A stretch of 64,000 nucleotides of DNA from Vulcanimicrobiota bacterium. GTDB lineage: Bacteria > Vulcanimicrobiota > Vulcanimicrobiia > Vulcanimicrobiales > Vulcanimicrobiaceae. Positions 19,166-29,963 of this stretch are shown here, in pieces. A program made the translations under genes and the position numbers. The notes under the pieces were generated by a model. It was not told the origin of the DNA, did no database searches, and saw only the letters and a list, made by a program, of their open reading frames with translations. The stretch lies in NCBI GenBank assembly GCA_963733295.1, contig CAVTCS010000003.1, positions 864,001-928,000 on the forward strand, written 5' to 3'. Within the stretch, counting starts at the first letter, position 1. Every line of letters begins with the position of its first letter.

Positions 19166-19200
19166 GTGGGGGAGATTGCCGCAAGGCATTCGTTAGGAGT
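19166..19200 (+). promoter_or_regulatory. Putative L1-binding leader of rplK
   Basis: GGGAG followed by TGCC-GCAA-GGCA hairpin just before the RBS. Confidence 0.4.
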
Positions 19201-19206
19201 TTTTCA

Positions 19207-19632
19207 ATGGCTAAGAAAGTCGTCGGCACGATCGGCTTGCAATTGCCGGCCGGCAAAGCGACGCCGGCGCCGCCCGTCGGCCCCGCGCTCGGACCGTACT
19301 CGCTGAACATCATGGCGTTCTGCAAAGAGTACAACGAGCGCACCCAGTCGCAGGCCGGCATGATCATCCCGGTCGAGATCACCGTCTACGAAGACCGCAC
19401 CTTCAGTTTCATCACGAAAACGCCACCGGCGAGTTTCCTGATCAAACGTGCGCTCGGAATCGAGTCGGGATCGGCGATTCCCAATCGTAACAAGGTCGGC
19501 AAACTGACCCAGAAGCAACTGCGCGAGATCGCGGAGGCGAAGATGGCCGATCTCAACGCGAACGACGTCGAGATGGCGATGAACATCATCGCCGGCACCG
19601 CTCGCTCGATGGGCGTCGAGGTGTCCGCATAA
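19207..19632 (+). CDS. rplK: 50S ribosomal protein L11
   Basis: [15 protein letters not shown]. Confidence 0.97.
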   Translation: MAKKVVGTIGLQLPAGKATPAPPVGPALGPYSLNIMAFCKEYNERTQSQAGMIIPVEITVYEDRTFSFITKTPPASFLIKRALGIESGSAIPNRNKVGKLTQKQLREIAEAKMADLNANDVEMAMNIIAGTARSMGVEVSA

Positions 19633-20345
19633 TGCCCACCCATCAGCACGGCAAAAAATACCGCGAAGTCATCGCCTCGTTCGACCGCGAGAAGCTCTAC
19701 GACGTCGTCGAAGCCAGCGCGACGGTAAAGAAGAACGCGCGCGCGAAATTTGACGAGACGATCGAGATTCACGTCCGTCTCGGAGTGGATCCGAAGAAGA
19801 GCGATCAGAACGTGCGCGGTACGGTACAACTGCCGCACGGCACGGGCCGCACGGTCCGCGTCATCGCTTTCGCCAAGGGCGATAAGGCCAAGGACGCCGA
19901 GGCCGCCGGAGCCGATGTCGTCGGCGATCAGGATCTCATCGACCGCATCAAAGCCGGCTTCGCCGATTTCGACGTCGCCGTCGCGACGCCCGACATGATG
20001 GGCGCGGTCGGTTCGAACCTCGGCCGCATTCTCGCGCAGAAGATGCCGAACCCGAAGTCGGGAACCGTGACGCCGAACATCGGCGCGGCGATCCGCGACA
20101 TTAAGGCCGGTAAGGTCGAATACCGGCTCGACAAAACCGGCATCGTGCACACGATCGTGGGCAAGGCGAGCTTCGCCGAAAATCAACTCGCCGACAACAT
20201 CGCCACGCTGATGGACGCGATCGTGCGGGCCAAGCCCGCCTCGTCGAAGGGCACGTACGTTCGCAGCATCACGCTGGCGAGCACGATGGGCCCCGGCGTC
20301 AAGGTCGATCCGAACCGCGTGAAGATCGCCGGCGGCGCCTCCTAG
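19632..20345 (+). CDS. rplA: 50S ribosomal protein L1
   Basis: [23 protein letters not shown] and STMGPG. Confidence 0.97.
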   Translation: MPTHQHGKKYREVIASFDREKLYDVVEASATVKKNARAKFDETIEIHVRLGVDPKKSDQNVRGTVQLPHGTGRTVRVIAFAKGDKAKDAEAAGADVVGDQDLIDRIKAGFADFDVAVATPDMMGAVGSNLGRILAQKMPNPKSGTVTPNIGAAIRDIKAGKVEYRLDKTGIVHTIVGKASFAENQLADNIATLMDAIVRAKPASSKGTYVRSITLASTMGPGVKVDPNRVKIAGGAS

Positions 20346-20360
20346 GCGTTCCCCGAGCCG

Positions 20361-20389
20361 TTGACCGGATTGCCCGCTTCGGGTATGAT
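20361..20389 (+). promoter_or_regulatory. sigma70-type promoter of rplJL
   Basis: TTGACC-17nt-TATGAT. Confidence 0.7.
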
Positions 20390-20397
20390 GGTCGACG

Positions 20398-20530
20398 GCT
20401 CCGAAGAACGTAGGTCCGCCGCAGGGCGGGTAATGCGCAAGCGCCTACCGAGGATGCGCGACGACCCGGCTTTCACGGACGTTTCTTTCGTGCGGCAGGT
20501 GGCGCTCACCCAGAAGAGTTGGAGCGCCGT
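20398..20530 (+). ncRNA. Ribosomal protein L10 leader
   Basis: CCGAAGA..GTAGG...TAAT...CCTACCGAGG core upstream of rplJ. Confidence 0.8.
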
Positions 20531-20556
20531 TTCTTTTTCCGGAAGAAAGCACGCAC

Positions 20557-21081
20557 ATGCCCACCGCCAAGAAAGAACAAACCGTCGAGGAATTGCGCAA
20601 GCGGCTCTCCGGCGCTAAGAATCTGTTCTTCACGAACTACGCGGGATTGACGGTTTCCGAAATTTCGAAGCTCCGCAACGAGCTTCGCAAGGACGGCAGC
20701 ACCTATGCGGTCGTGAAGAACACGCTGTTTTCCATCGCCGCGGGCGACGAGCTTGCGAAGCTTGTGGAAGCCTATCTCTCCGGGCCGACGGGAGTCGTGT
20801 TCGCAAACGACCCGGTCTCGCCCGCCAAAGCGATCAAGCATTTCTCCGACGACGTCAAGAAACTCGACGTCAAAGCCGCTTACGTCGAAGGCAAACTCAT
20901 CGACGGGGCACAGATCGCAGCCCTCGCCGCGCTCCCCTCGAAAACCGAGCTGCACGCGAAGGTTGTCGGACTCTTCGCGAGCCCGCTGCGCGGATTCGCC
21001 ACGGTCCTGGCCGCAAATCGGAGCGGATTCGTCCGCGTTCTCAGCGCTCGCGAGAAGCAACTCGCCGAGTCAGCATCTTAA
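20557..21081 (+). CDS. rplJ: 50S ribosomal protein L10
   Basis: YAGLTV, VVKNTL and LAALPS. Confidence 0.96.
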   Translation: MPTAKKEQTVEELRKRLSGAKNLFFTNYAGLTVSEISKLRNELRKDGSTYAVVKNTLFSIAAGDELAKLVEAYLSGPTGVVFANDPVSPAKAIKHFSDDVKKLDVKAAYVEGKLIDGAQIAALAALPSKTELHAKVVGLFASPLRGFATVLAANRSGFVRVLSAREKQLAESAS

Positions 21082-21097
21082 GTAGGAGAAGCAAAAC

Positions 21098-21478
21098 ATG
21101 GCAGTTGCCGATATCATCGATCAAGTTGAAAAGTTGACCGTCCTCGAATTGAACGAACTGGTCAAGAGCCTCGAAGAGAAGTGGGGCGTCAGCGCCGCGG
21201 CGCCGGTCGCCGTGGCGGCCGCAGGCGGAGCCGCGGGTGCGCCTGCCGCGGCGGCGCCCGCCGAGAAGACCGAATTCGACGCGGTCCTCACCGAAGTGGG
21301 CGCGGAAAAGATCAAGGTCATCAAGGCAGTCCGCGAACTCACGAGCCTCGGGCTCACCGAAGCCAAGGCGTTCGTCGAGAGCGCACCCAAGGCGATCAAA
21401 ACCGGAATTCCGCGCGACGAAGCAGAGCAGATCAAGGCGAAGCTCGCGGAAGCCGGCGCAACGGTTGAGATCAAATAA
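21098..21478 (+). CDS. rplL: 50S ribosomal protein L7/L12
   Basis: [22 protein letters not shown]. Confidence 0.97.
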   Translation: MAVADIIDQVEKLTVLELNELVKSLEEKWGVSAAAPVAVAAAGGAAGAPAAAAPAEKTEFDAVLTEVGAEKIKVIKAVRELTSLGLTEAKAFVESAPKAIKTGIPRDEAEQIKAKLAEAGATVEIK

Positions 21479-21506
21479 CGAGGCTCTCGATTCGTTCGAG
21501 AAATGG

Positions 21507-21540
21507 AGGGGCGCCGGGATTTTCCCGGCGCCCTTTTTAT
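21507..21540 (+). terminator. Intrinsic terminator after rplL
   Basis: GGGCGCCGGGA/TCCCGGCGCCC stem + TTTTT. Confidence 0.85.
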
Positions 21541-21570
21541 TCCTTTGCGCGCGACGCGGTCGCGAAACGG

Positions 21571-23685
21571 CTAGTGGACGAGAAACCCGACCAGCAGAAG
21601 CGCGACGATGTTGAGGACTTTGATCATCGGGTTGATGGCGGGGCCGGCGGTGTCTTTGTACGGATCGCCGACCGTGTCGCCGGTTACGGCCGCGGCGTGG
21701 GCGGGAGAACCTTTGCCGCCGTAATTGCCGTCTTCGATGTATTTCTTGGCGTTGTCCCAGGCACCGCCGCCGCTCGTCATCGCGATTGCGAGGAAGAGGC
21801 CGGTCACGATCGATCCGATGAGGACGCCGCCCATCACCTTCGCTCCGCCGTTCTCGGGAAGGAAGTATGACAGAGCCACCACCACGATCGGGATTCCGAC
21901 GGGAATGAGTGCGGGAACGATCATCTCGCGCAGCGCGGCGCGCGTGACGATATCGACGGTCGTTCCGTAGTTGGGCTTTTGCGTGCCGTCCATGATGCCG
22001 GGCATCTCGCGGAATTGACGGCGCACTTCCTCGACGACCGCACCCGCGGCGCGACCGACCGACTCCATCGACAGCGAGGCGAAGAGATAGGGCGCGAGAC
22101 CACCCACGAGCAAACCGGCGATGACGTAAGGATCGCCGATGCTAAACGTGATCGGCGTGGTCGCGCAGGCGGCGCTCGCGGCGGCCTTACACTTGTCGGA
22201 AAGCTCTTGTAAGAACGAGGCGAAGAGCACGACCGCGGCCAGGCCGGCCGAGCCGATGGCGTAGCCTTTGGTGACGGCTTTGGTCGTATTGCCGACGGCG
22301 TCGAGCGGATCGGTAATGCCACGAACCGATTCCGGCATGTCGGCCATCTCGGCGATGCCACCGGCGTTGTCGGTGATCGGACCGAAAGAGTCGATCGCCA
22401 CGATGATGCCGGCCATCGAGAGCATCGACATAACGGCGATGCCGATGCCGTAGATACCGGCGAAGGCGTTCGAAACGAGGATTCCGCCGACGATCGTCAG
22501 CGCAGGTAGTGAGGTCGCCTGCATCGAGACCGCGAGACCCGCGATGATATTCGTCGCATGACCCGTTACCGAAGCCTTGGCGATGTTCTGGACCGCGCGG
22601 AACGTCGTGCCTGTGTAGACTTCGGTAATGTACGTGATCAAACCGGTGACGACCAGGCCCACCAGCGCGCAAACGAAGATGCTCAGCGTCGAAAGCGTCT
22701 GGCCTCCCGGCAACGTGACGGGGGTTCCGAACTCTTGTGCGGTCACGAAGTAGAAGAAGATGGCCGAGAGAACGCCGGCTACGATCAAGCCGCGATAGAG
22801 CGCGCCCATGATCGAACCGGTGCTGTTGCTGCCCATGCGCACGAAGAACGTGCCGATGATCGTGGCGACGATCGAAACGGCGCCGAGCACGAGCGGAAAG
22901 GTGACGGCCGAGGGTAGCAGACTGCCCAGAACCAGGTGCCCGAGCAGCATCGCCGCGACCGTGGTAACGACGTAGGTCTCGAACAAGTCGGCAGCCATCC
23001 CGGCGCAATCGCCGACGTTGTCGCCCACGTTGTCGGCGATAACGGCCGGGTTGCGCGGATCGTCTTCGGGAATCCCGGCTTCGACTTTCCCGACGAGGTC
23101 GGCTCCGACGTCGGCGGCCTTCGTGAAGATGCCGCCGCCCAGACGTGCGAACACCGAGATGAGCGAACATCCGAAGGCGAGCCCGATCATCGCACCGAGC
23201 GAGCGCGCGACGTCGCCGTCGTTCACTTGCATCATGATCGCGAAGTAGCCGCTGACCGCGATGATGCCGAGTCCTACCACGAGGAGTCCGGTGATCGCGC
23301 CGCCGCGGAAGGCGAGCGCAAGGGCCGGCCCGAGGCCCTGCCTCGCCGCTTCGGCGGTACGGACGTTGGCCCGGACCGAGACGAGCATTCCGATGAACCC
23401 CGCCGCACCCGAAAGCGTCGCTCCGATCAAGAAGCCGATGGCGGCCTCGATTCCGAGCGGAGGCGCCAGCGCGATCAGGATCGCCAGGACGATTGCGACC
23501 GCACCGACCGTCGTGTACTGGCGCCGCAGGAAGGCCATCGCGCCTTCCTGGATCGCCGCGGCGATGGCCTTCATCTGGTCGTTCCCGTCGGACTGACGCA
23601 AGACCCAATTGATCAAGAAGGCGCCGTAGAGGATTGCCAGGACGCCGGCTCCGAGGCCGAGTTCGATCCCAAGAGAGCTAGCCAA
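21571..23685 (-). CDS. hppA: Membrane-bound pyrophosphatase (K+-independent H+-PPase signature)
   Basis: [26 protein letters not shown] and [10 protein letters not shown]. Confidence 0.95.
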   Translation of the reverse strand: MASSLGIELGLGAGVLAILYGAFLINWVLRQSDGNDQMKAIAAAIQEGAMAFLRRQYTTVGAVAIVLAILIALAPPLGIEAAIGFLIGATLSGAAGFIGMLVSVRANVRTAEAARQGLGPALALAFRGGAITGLLVVGLGIIAVSGYFAIMMQVNDGDVARSLGAMIGLAFGCSLISVFARLGGGIFTKAADVGADLVGKVEAGIPEDDPRNPAVIADNVGDNVGDCAGMAADLFETYVVTTVAAMLLGHLVLGSLLPSAVTFPLVLGAVSIVATIIGTFFVRMGSNSTGSIMGALYRGLIVAGVLSAIFFYFVTAQEFGTPVTLPGGQTLSTLSIFVCALVGLVVTGLITYITEVYTGTTFRAVQNIAKASVTGHATNIIAGLAVSMQATSLPALTIVGGILVSNAFAGIYGIGIAVMSMLSMAGIIVAIDSFGPITDNAGGIAEMADMPESVRGITDPLDAVGNTTKAVTKGYAIGSAGLAAVVLFASFLQELSDKCKAAASAACATTPITFSIGDPYVIAGLLVGGLAPYLFASLSMESVGRAAGAVVEEVRRQFREMPGIMDGTQKPNYGTTVDIVTRAALREMIVPALIPVGIPIVVVALSYFLPENGGAKVMGGVLIGSIVTGLFLAIAMTSGGGAWDNAKKYIEDGNYGGKGSPAHAAAVTGDTVGDPYKDTAGPAINPMIKVLNIVALLLVGFLVH

Positions 23686-23863
23686 TTTTCCTACCTAATA
23701 AGCAGTGCCCACACAAAAGAAGACCCCGGGCCTGTGGCGTCGCGGGGCGCGGGCGGACGACCGAATCGCGTTTGGCACCGGGTTTGAGCAGTCCTGTCCG
23801 CGCGCTGCGGAGAGTCAGCGTTCACGCGGAAATGCGACGCTTTCGCGCGAAGGGCCGCCGTGA

Positions 23864-25060
23864 ATGCGAGACGTCGAGTTCCTGATCGTGGGGTGCGGTC
23901 CCGCGGGTGGTACTGCCGCTCGGGAAGCCGCGCGTGCCGGGGTGGATACCCTGGTCTTGGAAAAGGACTCGGTCGTCGGTGCCAAGCGCGTCTGCGCGGC
24001 CGGTTTGCGGCCCGGCTTTTGCGAACAGTTCGACCTGCCGCGTTCGATCGTGCACTGCGATCCGGTGACGATCGCCCTCCACGCCACGAGCGGTAGGCGC
24101 TTTTCGTTGTCGGTCGGACAAGCCCACACCACGACTCGCGAAGAACTCGACGGGACGATTGGCGCCTTGGCGCGGGACGAGGGCGCGCAGATCCTCACGA
24201 ACGCGCTGTTTCGCGGATACGAAAGCGACGGTGCGCGCACGATCGTCGAGTACGCCGACACGGCGACCGGCGAACGCAAACGCGTGCGCACGCGGAACAT
24301 GTTCCTGGCTCAAGGTTCGACCGCGCGCATCGATGCCGACTCGCCGATCGGTTACAAAGGCTGGGCCGAGGGTCTCATAACCTGCTATCAATATCGCGTT
24401 TACCTCGAGCGGCCCGCGATTAGCGAAGCGTATCAGACGCTGGAAATGCACTACTACACGACACCCGCCGGCCGCAACGTCATCGCCTGGATGTTTCCCA
24501 AACGCGATCATCTTTCGATCGGCTTGGGCATCGGTGCGAAGCTCGCCGGCAAGGAACTGCGCGCGGAACTCGACGCATTCTTACCGACCGTGGAACGGCG
24601 CCTTTTCCCCGGTGTCGCGTACACGATTCGCGAAGAGGGTAATCTGCTTTACGGGGGCGCTCCTCGCCCACGCATCAGCGCCGGCAACGTGATGATCGGC
24701 GGCACCGCCGCCGGTTTGGTCGACGCGACGACCGGCGAGGGGATCCTCGAAGCCGCGATGTCGGGTCGCGTTGCCGCGCAGGCCGTTGCGGACGCGCGGC
24801 GGGGCCGGACCTCGATGCCGGCGCAGCAGTACGAGAAGACCCTCAAGGCACTGCTTTACGGCAAGCTGAGCAATCGCCATAAGTTGATGACGTTCCTGGA
24901 ACGCCGCCCCGTGCGCTTCGACGTTCTCTTCGAGCAGCTGTCGTGGTTTCCGCGTTTCGCCGACCTGCTGCAACGCGAACGCAACGACTTCTCGCTCGGC
25001 GAGTGGGTCTATCTCTACGCGCAAGCCGCGTTCTTTTCGGTTCGCGCTCTGCGCGCTTGA
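23864..25060 (+). CDS. Geranylgeranyl reductase-like FAD-dependent oxidoreductase
   Basis: GCGPAG Rossmann motif; WMFPK; AAGLVDATTGEGI. Confidence 0.8.
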   Translation: MRDVEFLIVGCGPAGGTAAREAARAGVDTLVLEKDSVVGAKRVCAAGLRPGFCEQFDLPRSIVHCDPVTIALHATSGRRFSLSVGQAHTTTREELDGTIGALARDEGAQILTNALFRGYESDGARTIVEYADTATGERKRVRTRNMFLAQGSTARIDADSPIGYKGWAEGLITCYQYRVYLERPAISEAYQTLEMHYYTTPAGRNVIAWMFPKRDHLSIGLGIGAKLAGKELRAELDAFLPTVERRLFPGVAYTIREEGNLLYGGAPRPRISAGNVMIGGTAAGLVDATTGEGILEAAMSGRVAAQAVADARRGRTSMPAQQYEKTLKALLYGKLSNRHKLMTFLERRPVRFDVLFEQLSWFPRFADLLQRERNDFSLGEWVYLYAQAAFFSVRALRA

Positions 25061-26079
25061 TCGCATTCGCCGCGCGGCGCTTGCTGCGACTCGCGCTCGT
25101 CTTAGTCGCAATTACGATCGTCAGCTTCGCCTTCATGCACGCGATCCCGGGCGATCCCGTGCTGAACCGCTTGGGCGAGCACGCCACGCCTGAGGAGATC
25201 GCTTCATTGAGGACGTCACTGGGGTTGGACAAGCCCTGGTACCTTCAGCTGGCGATCTATTTCGGGAACCTGCTGCATGGGGATCTGGGAGTCTCGTTGA
25301 TCGACGAGCAACCCGTTTCCACCAAGCTCGCGCAATATTTTCCGGCGACGCTCGAACTCTCGGTGGGCGCGATCGTCTTTGCGATCGTGCTCGGGATTCC
25401 GGCCGGCATCGTGGCGGCGCTGCGCCGGCGCTCGGCTCTCGACGTGCTGACGATGAGCGGCGTTTTGCTGGGCGTGTCGATACCGGTTTTTTGGCTGGGC
25501 TGGATCCTCGTTTACTTACTCGCTGTACTACCAAGCAAGTGGGGACTCAACCTATTTCCGATTTCGGGCCGCATCTCGCTCGCCTACTTCGTCCCGGCGC
25601 GGACCCACCTGGTGGTGCTCGATGCGCTCCTGGCCGGCAATCTGCGCGCCGCCCTCGACGCCTTGTGGCACCTGGTCTTGCCCGCAGTCACCCTCGGCAC
25701 CATTCCGCTCGCGATCGTGGCGAAGATCACGCGCAGCGGCATGCTCGAGGTGCTGCGCAGTGATTACGTCCGCACCGCCCGTGCCAAGGGCCTTTCCCAA
25801 GGGGCGGTGGTGTACAAGCATGCCCTGCGGAACGCGCTCGTACCGATCCTTACGGTCGTCGGGCTACAGACGGGGATTCTGCTCGGGGGCGCGGTCCTCA
25901 CCGAACACATCTTCGCTTGGCCGGGCGTCGGACGGCTCGCCTTCGATGCGATTTCGAACCGGGATATGCCCCTCATCAACGGTTGTATTCTGCTGTTCGC
26001 GGCGGTGTTCGTGATCGTAAACACGCTGGTCGACCTGCTCTACGCCGCGGTCAACCCGCGTATCAGGTACGGCGCCTGA
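25057..26079 (+). CDS. Peptide ABC transporter permease (DppB/OppB)
   Basis: IPGDP, GLDKP, YVRTARAKGL and HALRNAL. Confidence 0.9.
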   Translation: MIAFAARRLLRLALVLVAITIVSFAFMHAIPGDPVLNRLGEHATPEEIASLRTSLGLDKPWYLQLAIYFGNLLHGDLGVSLIDEQPVSTKLAQYFPATLELSVGAIVFAIVLGIPAGIVAALRRRSALDVLTMSGVLLGVSIPVFWLGWILVYLLAVLPSKWGLNLFPISGRISLAYFVPARTHLVVLDALLAGNLRAALDALWHLVLPAVTLGTIPLAIVAKITRSGMLEVLRSDYVRTARAKGLSQGAVVYKHALRNALVPILTVVGLQTGILLGGAVLTEHIFAWPGVGRLAFDAISNRDMPLINGCILLFAAVFVIVNTLVDLLYAAVNPRIRYGA

Positions 26080-26161
26080 GGGCCGGCTTGCCGGGAAAGT
26101 GTGGGGAGGCGGACGTGGAATACCGTATCCTCGAAGACAGCCGTACGAGGAAGAGGCTGGT

Positions 26162-26992
26162 TTGAAGGTCGAGCGCCGTTCGCAATACGTCATTGCGGGC
26201 ACCGCATATTCGCGCGAAGAGGTCATCCATCGCTACATTCACTTGGTGAAGTACGTGGCGGGACGCATCTCTGTCAACTTGCCGCCGAACGTCGAACTGA
26301 ACGACCTGATCAACGACGGCGTCGTCGGGTTGATCGACGCGATCGAAAAGTACGACGACGAGCGCGGCGTCAAGTTCGAGACCTACGCCATCACCCGCAT
26401 CCATGGGGCGATTCTCGACGCTCTGCGGGCCTTGGACTGGGTCCCGCGCGCGGTCCGTCAAAAGGCCCGCGAACACGAGCGCGTGATGCACCAGCTCGAG
26501 ACCGAACTCGGTCGCCAGCCTACCGACGACGAGCTGGCCGAACGCATGGGTCTCTCGCGGCGCGAGCTCGATGCGCTGCACCAGCGCATCCGCGGAACCT
26601 CGGTCCTTTCGCTCGAGGAGCACCTTCCGAGCGACCGCGGGGGCGACATTCCGCTGATGGACACGATCAAAGGCGAGGACGGCGATTTGGGCGCCTCCGT
26701 CGAGCAGCGTGAGATCGTGCAGGCGCTCAGCGCCGCCGTCGAAGAGCTGCCGCCGCAAGAATGCACGGTCATCAAGCTCTACTATTTCGAGGGCCAGACG
26801 CTCAAGGAGATCAAGGCGACGCTGGGCGTTTCCGAATCGCGCGTTTCGCAAATCCATGCGCAGGCGGTGATCCGGTTGCGCGGTAAGCTGCGAGTGATGA
26901 GGGGCGATCTGGGCTTCCGGGAAAACGATCCGACGATCAAGCAAAAGTACGTTCGCAAACCGACGGCGCCCGAGGTCGAGGCCGCCGGCTGA
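26162..26992 (+). CDS. fliA: FliA/WhiG family sigma factor (sigma28)
   Basis: GLIDAIEKYD..RGVKFETYA, DWVPRAVR and GVSESRVSQIH; TTG start after GAGG. Confidence 0.88.
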   Translation: MKVERRSQYVIAGTAYSREEVIHRYIHLVKYVAGRISVNLPPNVELNDLINDGVVGLIDAIEKYDDERGVKFETYAITRIHGAILDALRALDWVPRAVRQKAREHERVMHQLETELGRQPTDDELAERMGLSRRELDALHQRIRGTSVLSLEEHLPSDRGGDIPLMDTIKGEDGDLGASVEQREIVQALSAAVEELPPQECTVIKLYYFEGQTLKEIKATLGVSESRVSQIHAQAVIRLRGKLRVMRGDLGFRENDPTIKQKYVRKPTAPEVEAAG

Positions 26993-27003
26993 ACGTTCGC
27001 CGC

Positions 27004-27612
27004 ATGCGCGGCTCGCACGAGCCGCCGCTCTTCTCCGAGCTCGTTCGCGACGACGTGCTCTGCGGCGAACGGATCGTCGAGCGGGGCGGCGACGTTCGCT
27101 TATTCCGGCGCTGGCTCGCCGCTCGAGAAGCCGACGAGTTGCTCGCCTCGATTCGCGCCTCGACGATTTGGACGCAGGAACGGCGCAAGATGTACGACCG
27201 TTTCGTCGACGTGCCTCGCGAGCAAGCTTGGCGCGGCGACGACCGCGCTCTGCCTTGGAGCGAGGAGTTGCGTTCGGTGCGCGTTCGGCTCGAAGAGCTG
27301 CTCGGCGCGAGCTTCGCGTTCGTACTTTTGAATCGTTACCGCAACGGGGCCGACAGCGTCGCGTGGCACAACGACCGCGAAGTCGCAGGGCTCGCGCACC
27401 CGGTCATCGCGTCGCTCTCGCTGGGAGCGACGCGCGCCTTCGATCTGCGTCCGAAAAGCGATCGCAAGCGAATCCTTTCGATCGATCTCGAACACGGCGA
27501 TCTGCTCGTAATGCAGGGCGACACGCAAATCAACTGGGAGCATCGCGTCGCAAAAGACCGCCGCGCCGGCGCCGAACGCATCAATCTCACTTTTCGTCAA
27601 CAACCGGAATAA
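27004..27612 (+). CDS. AlkB-like 2OG-Fe(II) dioxygenase
   Basis: NRYRNGADSVAWHND, WEHRV and RINLTFR. Confidence 0.88.
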   Translation: MRGSHEPPLFSELVRDDVLCGERIVERGGDVRLFRRWLAAREADELLASIRASTIWTQERRKMYDRFVDVPREQAWRGDDRALPWSEELRSVRVRLEELLGASFAFVLLNRYRNGADSVAWHNDREVAGLAHPVIASLSLGATRAFDLRPKSDRKRILSIDLEHGDLLVMQGDTQINWEHRVAKDRRAGAERINLTFRQQPE

Positions 27613-27776
27613 CAGCCGCTTTTCTGAGAGCGCGATGAAGCGCGGATGAGACCTGCGCCGTTCTCAGGTCGCTCTCATGAAACTGCGCTACGCCGCCGCG
27701 TATGCTCGTTCCGGGAAGCGCTCCTGCGAGGTGCTTTCCGAATTGCAAAACGCTTCGGCAAGGAAGGTATGACGCG

Positions 27777-28865
27777 ATGCGAACACCATTCACGTTCGCG
27801 CTCTTGACTGCATTCGCGCTCGCGGGATGCAGCGGCGGCGGCGGCTCCGGCTCCGGAAATCCCGGCGTTCCCTCGAATCCCAACCCCGGCGGCTCGACGG
27901 CGTCGTCGCAAGACGTGGCGCAATCCGGCATGCTGGCAGCGAGCGATCCAATCGAACAAGGCAGCCTCGAAAGCGACATCACGAACGGTTCGCTTTCTGC
28001 GGGTGGCGCGAGCGCTCGCATGCGCGCCAACGTTGCGAACGGTGCCTGCAACAACGGCGTCGAGCGGACGGTCACGGTGATCAGTCCGAACGAAACGAAG
28101 TACGACGTCAAGTTCTTCTACGATGCCGCTTGCACGGAACTCGCGCGCGAGGTGCAAAGCGACGTCGTGACGAGCGCCTCGGGCGAAACCGTGATTCGCA
28201 ATGCAGCGAACTACAACTTGGGCGGCACGCTGCTCACGACGCGCGTGACGAATTACGCGATCACCGGAATGCCGGCGTCGGGCAACTTCACCCAGTTCCT
28301 GACGAGCGCTCTCACCGTCGGAAACTCGGGGAATCCGGCCGCGCAGATCGCCCGCACCGATACCTTCGAGACTTCAACTCCCGGCAACGGGACGGTCAGC
28401 GGGAGCTCGGGCCGCGTCGTCAATCCGGCCGGCTTGGCGTCGTCCTACGGTCACAACGCCGCCCTGAGCGGCGTGACCTGGAGCGTCGATGGATCGGGCA
28501 ACGTGACCTTTGCCGGCGAGCGCGACGGCGAGCTGTTTCGGGGGCCGTTCTTAGGGCTCACGCTGGCCACCGCGGCGCCCTTTACCGTCTCGGGCGGGAC
28601 GCAGATCGGCGGCTCGACGATCACCGGCAGCGTCGTGTTCGACGTGAACGGCAACCTCACGTCGGTGAGCCTTACCGGGACGTTCATGCACGGCGATACG
28701 CTGAAGGTCACGAGTTCCGGTACGCCCTTGACGGTCAGCGGCACGATCTCGAGCCCGAGTGGGGCCATCGTCGCGACCTTCACGACCGACCAGTACGGCG
28801 ACGGCATCATTACCTACGCCAACGGGAGCCAGGGCCTGATCCTGGACTGGCACGTCGTTCGCTAG
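27777..28865 (+). CDS. Hypothetical lipoprotein
   Basis: LAGC lipobox followed by Gly/Ser linker; Thr/Gly/Ser beta-rich body. Confidence 0.75.
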   Translation: MRTPFTFALLTAFALAGCSGGGGSGSGNPGVPSNPNPGGSTASSQDVAQSGMLAASDPIEQGSLESDITNGSLSAGGASARMRANVANGACNNGVERTVTVISPNETKYDVKFFYDAACTELAREVQSDVVTSASGETVIRNAANYNLGGTLLTTRVTNYAITGMPASGNFTQFLTSALTVGNSGNPAAQIARTDTFETSTPGNGTVSGSSGRVVNPAGLASSYGHNAALSGVTWSVDGSGNVTFAGERDGELFRGPFLGLTLATAAPFTVSGGTQIGGSTITGSVVFDVNGNLTSVSLTGTFMHGDTLKVTSSGTPLTVSGTISSPSGAIVATFTTDQYGDGIITYANGSQGLILDWHVVR

Positions 28866-28915
28866 GGATCGAAGCGGCCGCCGGTTCGCCGGCGGCCCGT
28901 TCGCCTTCGCCTCGG

Positions 28916-28935
28916 AATCGAACAGGAGTTCGATT
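28916..28935. promoter_or_regulatory. Gram-positive-type LexA (Cheo) box
   Basis: AATCGAAC-AGGA-GTTCGATT perfect palindrome. Confidence 0.65.
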
Positions 28936-28959
28936 GCTTGAGGCGAAGCCATTTCTCCC

Positions 28960-29874
28960 GTGAGCTGGTTGGCGAAACTCCGCAACGCCCTTGGCCGGTC
29001 GCGCGAGTCGCTAGCGGGCGTCGAGACGCTCGCGCAAGCACGCCGTCCGCTCGATGACAGCTTCTGGAACGAACTCGAAGAGCTGCTGATCGCAGCCGAC
29101 TTCGGGGTCCCGACGACCGAAAAGATCATGGGCGGCTTGCACATCGTCGCACTTCAGGAGCTGTGGCGCCGCAGCGATGAGGCGGTAGCGCGTTTCAAGG
29201 TGGACGTGCAACGCTTCCTGACGCTTCCCGGGGCCGGCCTTTCGCTCCACTCGAAACCCGCGGTGGTCTTGATCGTCGGCGTTAACGGGAGCGGTAAGAC
29301 GACCACGATCGGTAAGCTCGCGAAGCTCTTGTCGGCCGAAGGCAAACGCGTGATGGTCGTTGCGGCGGACACCTTTCGTGCTGCCGCCGCGGAACAACTC
29401 GCCGTTTGGGCAGGCCGAGCCGGCGCGGAGTTCGTACGCGGACCCCAAGGAGCCGATCCTTCGTCAGTCGTTCACGACGGTCTCTCTGCGGCGAAAGCGC
29501 GCGGGCTCGACGTCGTCTTGATCGACACCGCCGGCAGGCTTCAAACGAAGAGCAACTTGATGGAAGAACTCAAAAAGATGCGGCGCGTGATCGAGCGCGA
29601 GTGCGGCACGGCGCCGGACGAAACGCTGCTCGTCGTCGACGGGACGACGGGACAGAACGCGGTCTCGCAAGCGAAGCTGTTCAACGACGCGACCAAATTG
29701 ACGGGAGTCGTCGTCACCAAACTCGACTCGACTGCCAAAGGCGGCGTTCTCGTCGCGATCGTCGACACGCTGGAGATTCCGATCAAGTTCGTCGGCATCG
29801 GCGAAGCGATCGATGAGTTGAAACCCTTCGATCCGGCCGCCTTCACCAGCGCTCTGTTCGACTCGGCCGCATGA
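28960..29874 (+). CDS. ftsY: Signal recognition particle receptor FtsY
   Basis: GVNGSGKTTT, DTFRAAA, DTAGRL and TKLDSTAKGG. Confidence 0.95.
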   Translation: MSWLAKLRNALGRSRESLAGVETLAQARRPLDDSFWNELEELLIAADFGVPTTEKIMGGLHIVALQELWRRSDEAVARFKVDVQRFLTLPGAGLSLHSKPAVVLIVGVNGSGKTTTIGKLAKLLSAEGKRVMVVAADTFRAAAAEQLAVWAGRAGAEFVRGPQGADPSSVVHDGLSAAKARGLDVVLIDTAGRLQTKSNLMEELKKMRRVIERECGTAPDETLLVVDGTTGQNAVSQAKLFNDATKLTGVVVTKLDSTAKGGVLVAIVDTLEIPIKFVGIGEAIDELKPFDPAAFTSALFDSAA

Positions 29875-29963
29875 AACGCGCAATCCAAAGTGCCACACAG
29901 GTGGCACATGCCCGGCCTATCATCGCCGCACGCACCACCCCGACGGAGGCCTCGTAGAATTTC

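Noticed and set aside
23773..23787. sigma54-like TGGCAC-N5-TTGA
   Set aside because: Lacks the conserved -12 GC; no supporting context
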